Source of the DNA: Elainellaceae cyanobacterium | GTDB taxonomy: Bacteria; Cyanobacteriota; Cyanobacteriia; CAZCXK01 | DNA length: 27,079 nucleotides | NCBI GenBank assembly: GCA_051117555.1 | Contig: JBNPEG010000035.1 | Coordinates: forward strand, 1-27,079 | Direction: 5' to 3' | In this document: in pieces, positions 21,774 to 27,079 of the stretch | Layout: each line of letters begins with the position of its first letter | Numbering within the stretch: the first letter of the stretch is position 1 | Notes under the pieces: model-generated | Database searches by the model: none | What the model was told of the DNA's origin: nothing | The model's input: the letters and a program-made list of their open reading frames with translations, nothing else | Position numbers and translations under genes: made by a program

Positions 21774-21946
21774 GTAGTGGCACGGCACAGAAAATAGTGC
21801 ATTAGGTAGGGTGCTGTTAGCTGCGCTAACGCACCGGGGTCAAGAGTCGCAGCCTTTTAAGGATTTGCACTACTTTTAGGCGTGTCACAACAGCATCAGA
21901 GCCTTGCGGGGTGGTGCGTTACAGCTACGCTTAACAGCACCCTACC
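21774..21946. repeat. Two interleaved inverted-repeat pairs (REP/MITE-like)
   Basis: Pair A is 21774-21801 vs 21866-21891 (imperfect). Pair B is GGTAGGGTGCTGTTA...TAACGCACC at 21805-21835 vs its inverted copy at 21913-21946. Confidence 0.75.
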
Positions 21947-21986
21947 GCACCGTTCATTTATGTCCACCTACTTACTTAGGATATTT

Positions 21987-22011
21987 AGGGTGGGGTTTAC
22001 CCACCCTTTTT
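21987..22011 (+). terminator. Terminator-like hairpin between dxs and the soxD-like gene
   Basis: AGGGTGGG-gttta-CCCACCCT-TTTT, ending 27 nt before the ATG at 22039. Confidence 0.55.
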
Positions 22012-22038
22012 AGGTGGAATCAATCAGATTGGGAATTT

Positions 22039-22287
22039 ATGTTTCAGCTAACCTGTCCAAACTGTGGCAAGCGTGCAGTGAATGAATTTACGTATCGAGG
22101 CGAGTTGCGCGATCGCCCTTCCTCCACTGCCGAGTTTTCTCAATGGTCTGACTATGTGTATTTGCGAGACAACCTGAAGGGAACGCAAAGGGAATGGTGG
22201 TATCACCGCTCAGGCTGCCAGAGTTGGTTCGTTGTTGAGCGAGACACCGCGACAAATCATCACCAGAGCCGCTGGTTTAGGGAATAA
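22039..22287 (+). CDS. soxD: Sarcosine oxidase-like subunit delta
   Basis: 82 aa from ATG 22039. Zn-ligand pattern CPNCG...HRSGC, plus EFTYRGE, YVYLRDN, EWWYH and WFVVERDT. The longer ORF-track version runs through repeat DNA. Confidence 0.92.
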   Translation: MFQLTCPNCGKRAVNEFTYRGELRDRPSSTAEFSQWSDYVYLRDNLKGTQREWWYHRSGCQSWFVVERDTATNHHQSRWFRE

Positions 22288-22338
22288 GTTGTGTCTTATA
22301 TTGCTGAATGAGGATGCTGGGCTTGTTATAACAACCAA

Positions 22339-25221
22339 ATGGCAAACCGAATTTCAGAACACGCTTATCTCACCCTCCCAAATCGGGGAAAATCGGTCAC
22401 ATTTACCGTCGACGGTCGCCCAATTCAAGCCTATGAGACGGATACGATTACCTCAGCGTTATTGGCAGCCGGCGTCACCCTTTTTTCGCGGAGCTTTAAG
22501 TTTCATCGTCCTCGGGGCGTTTATGACGGACATGGGCAAGGCCCAGAAACGCTATTCACCGTAGACCACGAGCCCAATGTGTTAGGCGATCGCACCCAGG
22601 TTCGTGAGGGTATGGTCGTCACGACGCAAAATGCGTTTCCGTCTGTCGAGTTTGACGTGATGGCGATCAATGATGTCGTCGTGCCGCTATTGCCCAACAT
22701 TTTTTACTACAAAATGTTCCACAAACCGAAAGGACTGTGGAAGCTCGTCGAGCCACTGATTCGACGGGCGGCAGGGCTAGGAAGAGTTGATCGTAACGGG
22801 CACGACGTTGAGCGGCGCTATGAAAAGCGGTATCGATTTCCCGATGTGTGCGTGGTTGGGGGCGGTGTGGCTGGGCTTGCTGCTGCAAATGCGGCTCTAG
22901 ATGCGGGCAAACAGGTGGTGCTAATCGACGATCATCCGCAGTTGGGTGGCAAATCGGTTCATTCAATTGCTCCTGTGAAGAATTGTATCAACGAATCGCT
23001 GAATGGACTGACTGAGCAGGAGGCGATCGCCCAATTAATCCAATCGCTGGAGAATCATCGCCGTCTTGAAGTTCTAACCAACACCAGCGTCTTTGGCGTG
23101 TATGGCGATCGCTATGTCGCGGCGCAACGCAGCACCGATTTATTCAAAATTCGCGCCGATTCTGTCGTATTGGCTCCCGGTGCGAGTGATCGCCATCTTG
23201 TATTTGAAAATAACGACAAACCCGGAATCATGACGGCTCGCGGCGTAGAGCGACTGATTGCCTGTCATGCGCTGACTCCGGGCACCAATGCGGTGGTGGT
23301 GACCTGCCACGATGGGGGCTATCACACTGCGCTGCTGTTACAGGGTGCGGGAACGTATGTCCAGGCAATTATAGAGGCTCGTTCTGCGGGAGAACCCGGA
23401 TACTTTGAGCAGCAAGTGCGCCAGCTTGGGATTCCGGTTTACAACAATCAAACGATTTATGCTGCCCACGGGTTGAAATCGGTTGAGATGATTGAGATTG
23501 GCGACCTCAGCGGTCAACGAGTCTTGCGAAGCTTTAGCTGCGATTTAGTCGTCATGGCAGTGGGCTATAAGCCCCAGCTCAATCTGCTCTCTGCGGGACA
23601 ACAGCGCCCCTCATGGGATCGAGAACGCCAAATCTTGCGCGTCACAGACTTGCCCGAAGGCATCTATGCAGCCGGAGAGGTGAATGGCACGGCTGCATTT
23701 GCGCGACTGTATCAAGACGGGCTAGACGCAGGTCGAGCGGCTGCGCTGGGCAAGCCTCATCCTGAATCAATTCGAGATTATGACGACTGCATTCCTGCAT
23801 TGCCTGCCGACATTGAAGCAGGAGGCAGTCACCACTTCATCTGTAAATGCATGGATGTCACCCGCGATGAGGTTCGCTGCTCGGTTGCAGAAGGATTTGA
23901 TGCGGTAGAAACGCTGAAGCGCTACACCAGCATGGGGATGGGACCCTGTCAGGGCAAATTGTGTTGTGAAGCGATCGCCCGACTTGCTGCCCAAGATACC
24001 GGATTGCCTGAATCGGATGCGGTGCCAACAACTATGCGTCCTCCCTTTTCCCCGGTATCGTTTGGCGTCTTGGCAGGGCGATCGCCCCATCTGCAACCCA
24101 TTCAGCGGACTCCCATGCATCATTGTCATAGTGATGCAGGCGCAACGTTTCTCAATGCCGGACGCTGGAAACGACCTCATTCCTATCGCGATTCGCAGGA
24201 CGAAGCGATGCATGTGCGCCAAAAACTCGGCATCATCGACATCAGCACCCTCGGCAAAATCGAAATTAGCGGCCCCGATGCGCTGCAATTTTTAGAATTC
24301 TTGCTGCCTAGGAAATATAGCAAGCTTGCCGTTGGTCGAACTCGATACTCGATTATGGTCGGCGAGGACGGCATTCTGTTTGAAGATGGCACCTTGTCTC
24401 ATCTTGAATCGGGCATCTATTATCTCTCAACGACGACCGGAAACCAGGATGCGATTAATGCCATGATTCAGTGGTGGCTGATGGTCGAGAATTTCGACGT
24501 GCGCGTCAAGAATCTTAGTGCGGTCTATGCGGCAGTCAACATCACCGGGCAATCATCACGGGAGTATTTGCAACCGCTCGTGGATATTGACCTGGCGAAT
24601 GATGCGTTCCCCTATATGCACTGCCGCAACGCGCGAATTGCGGGTATTCCCGCTCTGATGTTTCGCGTTGGGTTTACCGGAGAACTCGGCTATGAGCTTC
24701 ATTTTCCTGCCGAATATGGAGAATCCTTGTGGAACTATCTTCTCGAACAGGGCAAACCCTTTGACCTAAAGCCGTTTGGAGTGGAAACGCAGCGAATTCT
24801 GCGCTTAGAAAAAGGACACCTGATTCCGGGAGTGGATACGGACGCGTTGACTAATCCGTATGAAGCAGGCGCAGGCTTTGCCATTAAAGATGGCAAGGAT
24901 GATTTTATCGGCAAAGCATTTCTGCAAAACTTCAAGGAGCGAGGCATTGAAAATAAACTCGTGCCCTATGAATTGCCCATCGATGCGCCCATTCCAGAGG
25001 ATGGCGTCGCAACGTTTCATGGAGACCAACTCATGGGACGGGTGACAAGTTCTCGACGCAGCCCAACATTAGATCGGGGAATCGGTTTGGCGTGGGTCGA
25101 TGCGCGATTCGCTGACCCCGGATGTCAATTCACAATTCGCTGCTCAGACGGACAAACTGTTACAGCCACGGTGTTGTCTCATGCGGCGTATGATCCAGAG
25201 GGAACGCGATTGAAAGCATAA
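22339..25221 (+). CDS. soxA: Sarcosine oxidase-like subunit alpha (NAD/FAD-binding domain, BFD-like Cys domain, GcvT/THF-binding domain)
   Basis: Motifs RSFKFHRPRG, FYYKMF, Rossmann GGGVAG, FENNDKPGIM, RTPMH, DISTLGKIE, GFTGELGYE and LRLEKG. Substrate cannot be determined from sequence. Confidence 0.9.
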   Translation: MANRISEHAYLTLPNRGKSVTFTVDGRPIQAYETDTITSALLAAGVTLFSRSFKFHRPRGVYDGHGQGPETLFTVDHEPNVLGDRTQVREGMVVTTQNAFPSVEFDVMAINDVVVPLLPNIFYYKMFHKPKGLWKLVEPLIRRAAGLGRVDRNGHDVERRYEKRYRFPDVCVVGGGVAGLAAANAALDAGKQVVLIDDHPQLGGKSVHSIAPVKNCINESLNGLTEQEAIAQLIQSLENHRRLEVLTNTSVFGVYGDRYVAAQRSTDLFKIRADSVVLAPGASDRHLVFENNDKPGIMTARGVERLIACHALTPGTNAVVVTCHDGGYHTALLLQGAGTYVQAIIEARSAGEPGYFEQQVRQLGIPVYNNQTIYAAHGLKSVEMIEIGDLSGQRVLRSFSCDLVVMAVGYKPQLNLLSAGQQRPSWDRERQILRVTDLPEGIYAAGEVNGTAAFARLYQDGLDAGRAAALGKPHPESIRDYDDCIPALPADIEAGGSHHFICKCMDVTRDEVRCSVAEGFDAVETLKRYTSMGMGPCQGKLCCEAIARLAAQDTGLPESDAVPTTMRPPFSPVSFGVLAGRSPHLQPIQRTPMHHCHSDAGATFLNAGRWKRPHSYRDSQDEAMHVRQKLGIIDISTLGKIEISGPDALQFLEFLLPRKYSKLAVGRTRYSIMVGEDGILFEDGTLSHLESGIYYLSTTTGNQDAINAMIQWWLMVENFDVRVKNLSAVYAAVNITGQSSREYLQPLVDIDLANDAFPYMHCRNARIAGIPALMFRVGFTGELGYELHFPAEYGESLWNYLLEQGKPFDLKPFGVETQRILRLEKGHLIPGVDTDALTNPYEAGAGFAIKDGKDDFIGKAFLQNFKERGIENKLVPYELPIDAPIPEDGVATFHGDQLMGRVTSSRRSPTLDRGIGLAWVDARFADPGCQFTIRCSDGQTVTATVLSHAAYDPEGTRLKA

Positions 25222-25304
25222 TTCATTCCACTACCAAATTATTCAATCGCATTAACTGCCTACACTATGTCTTGGAAATAATCTCCAACGTCGCGCTTAG
25301 TCAT
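25218..25304 (-). pseudogene. 5' remnant of a HEPN/DUF86 toxin gene
   Basis: Translates MTKRDVGDYFQDIV*AVNAIE*FGSGMNY, resembling the DUF86 N-terminus. Has two in-frame stops and ends at the soxA stop. Its ATG overlaps the upstream TGA (ATGA). Confidence 0.7.
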
Positions 25305-25424
25305 AAATACACAACTTCTTTGACTGTAGAAACCAAGCAACCCTAATGTTTTAAAATCATGGGTCGATCGCAATTCTGGAAAATGTTTTTGCAGGGTTTG
25401 AATAATGATCTTGGTTTCAGTCAT
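25301..25424 (-). pseudogene. Internally deleted minimal nucleotidyltransferase (MNT antitoxin) gene
   Basis: N-terminal MTETKIIIQTLQKHFPELRSTHDFKTLGLLGFY (decayed LGxFGSY) is joined out of frame to C-terminal KEVVYL*. The catalytic SDxD region is missing. Confidence 0.7.
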
Positions 25425-25495
25425 GGCGATCGCATTCTGCATTCCATCCGAATTACAGTCTCTGACAACTTGAAGATTTGCCTACCCTAACCCAT

Positions 25496-25529
25496 ACACA
25501 CAATTCACAAGCGATTTAGGATCGCTATA
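25496..25529. mobile_element. MITE-like element, copy 3 (one end only)
   Basis: ACACACAATTCACAAGCGATTTAGGATCGCTATA matches 5412-5445 and the reverse complement of the left end of the 19488-19578 copy. Confidence 0.75.
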
Positions 25530-25530
25530 C

Positions 25531-25637
25531 GATTGCAGCGATTACAGAAGGATTGTCATCGCTCAACATAGGATTGCAGCAGTTGCAGAAGGATTGTCAT
25601 CGCTCAACATAGGATTGCAGCGGTTACAGAAGGATTG
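25531..25637. repeat. Tandem repeat, 41-bp unit x ~2.6
   Basis: GATTGCAGCGATTACAGAAGGATTGTCATCGCTCAACATAG with starts at 25531, 25572 and 25613. Confidence 0.92.
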
Positions 25638-25674
25638 CTATCGACAAACATGCCATTGTCATAGAGCAACATCG

Positions 25675-25838
25675 AATGATCAAGGCTCGACATGTGAATG
25701 TTATCGATGATCTTTAAATGATCAAGGCTCGACATGTGAATGTTATCGATGATCTTTAAATGATCAAGGCTCAACATGTGAATGTTATCGATGATCTTTA
25801 AATGATCAAGGCTCGACATGTGAATGTTATCGATGATC
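25675..25838. repeat. Tandem repeat, 42-bp unit x ~3.9
   Basis: AATGATCAAGGCTCGACATGTGAATGTTATCGATGATCTTTA with starts at 25675, 25717, 25759 and 25801; one substitution in copy 3. Confidence 0.95.
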
Positions 25839-25872
25839 ATTGAATTGCGATGACTTACATTGAATTGCGATG
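25838..25872. repeat. CATTGAATTGCGATG x2 at 20-bp period
   Basis: Read directly at 25838-25852 and 25858-25872. Confidence 0.8.
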
Positions 25873-25953
25873 GAGAGCGTTTAGGTTTTCGTGTAAGTGC
25901 GACCGTCCTCGGTCGCGTGTTCCTTATTAATCATCACGAGGCACCAGAAATCG

Positions 25954-26246
25954 ATGATGCAAGAACTTTCTGACCTAAAAACCAGCATTTTAGAAGAGCG
26001 CTACACCGATGCGTTGACGATCGTTGACCAATTAGACGGCATGAGCAGACGGGCGAGAATTGATGCCATCGAATCATCCTTGGTCAGAATGATGATTCAC
26101 ATTATTAAAAATCAGCTTGAAGAGCGGCTTATAAATTCATGGGCGGCATCGATTCGAGGATCGGTGGTTGATATCAAAAAGCTGTGGATGATTATTTGAT
26201 GCAGCTTCCGGTTGGTGAGGAATGGAAGCAAGGAAGTAGTCGGTAG
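25954..26246 (+). pseudogene. DUF29-family gene with internal deletion and frameshift
   Basis: MMQELSDLKTSILEERY...MIHIIKNQLEERLINSWAASIR resembles cyanobacterial DUF29 proteins. The frame stops at 26199, while a C-terminus-like VDDYLMQLPVGEEWKQGSSR* continues in another frame (26184-26246). Confidence 0.7.
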
Positions 26247-26270
26247 ATGAGGCAACATGGCACAAAATTG

Positions 26271-26312
26271 GGCGATCGCGATGAACCACCCCATATTCAT
26301 ATTGAACGAGAC
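26271..26312 (+). pseudogene. Fragment of a DUF4160 gene
   Basis: Translates GDRDEPPHIHIERD, the DUF4160 signature, immediately before its usual partner DUF2442. Both ends are missing. Confidence 0.65.
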
Positions 26313-26316
26313 ACCC

Positions 26317-26625
26317 ATGACTTCTTTAAGGATTGAAAGACTCGAAATACCGACAATTCAGCACATTAGCATTTCTGAAGAAACCCTATCGGTAGATTTA
26401 TCCGATGGGCGCACGATCGCAGCTCCTCTAGCGTGGTATCCTCGACTTTTACACGGCTCGAATGCAGAACGCAACAACTGGCGCTTGATTGGTGGCGGAG
26501 AAGGCATTCACTGGATTGAACTTGATGAAGACATTAGCCTCAAAAATTTAATTCTGGGCCAACAGTCAGGAGAAAGCCAACCATCATTTCAGCGCTGGTT
26601 AAATAGTCGCACGTCAAAGGCTTGA
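26317..26625 (+). CDS. DUF2442 family protein (putative antitoxin)
   Basis: LSVDLSDGRTIAAPLAWYPRLLHGS...WRLIGGGEGIHWIELDEDIS. Start set at ATG 26317. Confidence 0.88.
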   Translation: MTSLRIERLEIPTIQHISISEETLSVDLSDGRTIAAPLAWYPRLLHGSNAERNNWRLIGGGEGIHWIELDEDISLKNLILGQQSGESQPSFQRWLNSRTSKA

Positions 26626-26634
26626 TTGGGTATC

Positions 26635-26986
26635 AATCATTCAATCGGCAATTGAAATTATCCGCGCAGGCAGACATAGTTCGTATAGCCGCCGATTTTA
26701 ATCGGACGGCATAGAGACCTTTACGACAAATCATTCAATCGGCAATTGAAATTGCACCTACACGAACGAAACCCGCCTGCGCGGGTTGAGAAATTGTCTG
26801 CGACAGCGGACATAGTCCGTATAGCCGCCGATTTTAATCGGACGGCATAGAGACAACCTTTACGACAAATCATTCAATCGGCAATTGAAATTGCACCTAC
26901 ACGAACGAAACCCGCCTGCGCGGGTTGAGAAATTGTCTGCGACAGCGGACATAGTTCGTATAGCCGCCGATTTTAATCGGACGGCA
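26635..26986. repeat. Tandem array of a 139-bp palindromic (REP/SDR-like) unit: one internally deleted, one full and one truncated copy
   Basis: AATCATTCAATCGGCAATTGAAATT starts at 26635, 26729 and 26868. Internal hairpins GCAATTGAAATTGC, AACCCGCCTGCGCGGGTT and CCGATTTTAATCGG. Confidence 0.92.
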
Positions 26987-27079
26987 CATGAGGACTATTG
27001 CAGATTATAAGCAAAGTAACTATAAATTCAGCGTCACATCACATATCAACCGCTGCTCTAAACGGGTGACAACGGTTTA

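Noticed and set aside
21904..22038. N-terminal extension of soxD in the ORF track
   Set aside because: It translates repeat and hairpin DNA. Family similarity begins at ATG 22039.
25260..25442. 60-aa ORF as a functional gene
   Set aside because: It is a chimera of MNT-like and HEPN-like remnants created by deletion.
25531..25838. CRISPR array, or a real 78-aa gene at 25604-25840
   Set aside because: Units are head-to-tail with no spacers. The ORF is simply the one open frame of a 42-bp repeat, with no independent coding evidence.
26635..26986. CRISPR array (repeat contains ATTGAAA, like many CRISPR repeat ends)
   Set aside because: Intervening sequences are near-identical rather than unique spacers, periods are 94 and 139 bp, and no cas genes are present.
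27000..27079. Possible gene end on the minus strand at the right edge (NRCHPFRAAVDM*)
   Set aside because: Only 12 codons are visible, so it cannot be assigned.

Overview
Chromosomal segment of a cyanobacterium. The evidence is about 30 HIP1 octamers (GCGATCGC, counted by eye), psaAB, and a CIRCE/K-box groESL promoter. Positions 1.8-21.7 kb are mostly core genes: groEL-groES, an RluE-like pseudouridine synthase, a small membrane protein, sdhA, glucokinase, a histidine phosphatase, a Pro/acidic-tailed lipoprotein, psaA-psaB, a KaiB-domain protein tightly linked to pilT2, and dxs. The left end carries a papain-like (C1A) protease whose reading frame is open well upstream of the called start. 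The right end (21.7-27.1 kb) is accessory. It holds sarcosine-oxidase-like delta and alpha genes with no beta or gamma gene nearby, then about 1.4 kb of internally deleted toxin-antitoxin-type genes (MNT-HEPN, DUF29, DUF4160 fragment) with one intact DUF2442. These are interspersed with 41/42-bp tandem arrays, and a 139-bp palindromic repeat array follows. One ~90-bp MITE-like element occurs three times, and one copy carries a nested 134-bp insertion flanked by a 13-bp direct repeat. No CRISPR array, rRNA, tRNA or transposase was seen. I cannot show a wholly new system. The best leads are the deleted-TA cluster, the orphan soxDA pair and the nested mini-elements. Family assignments come from motif recognition, not database searches.
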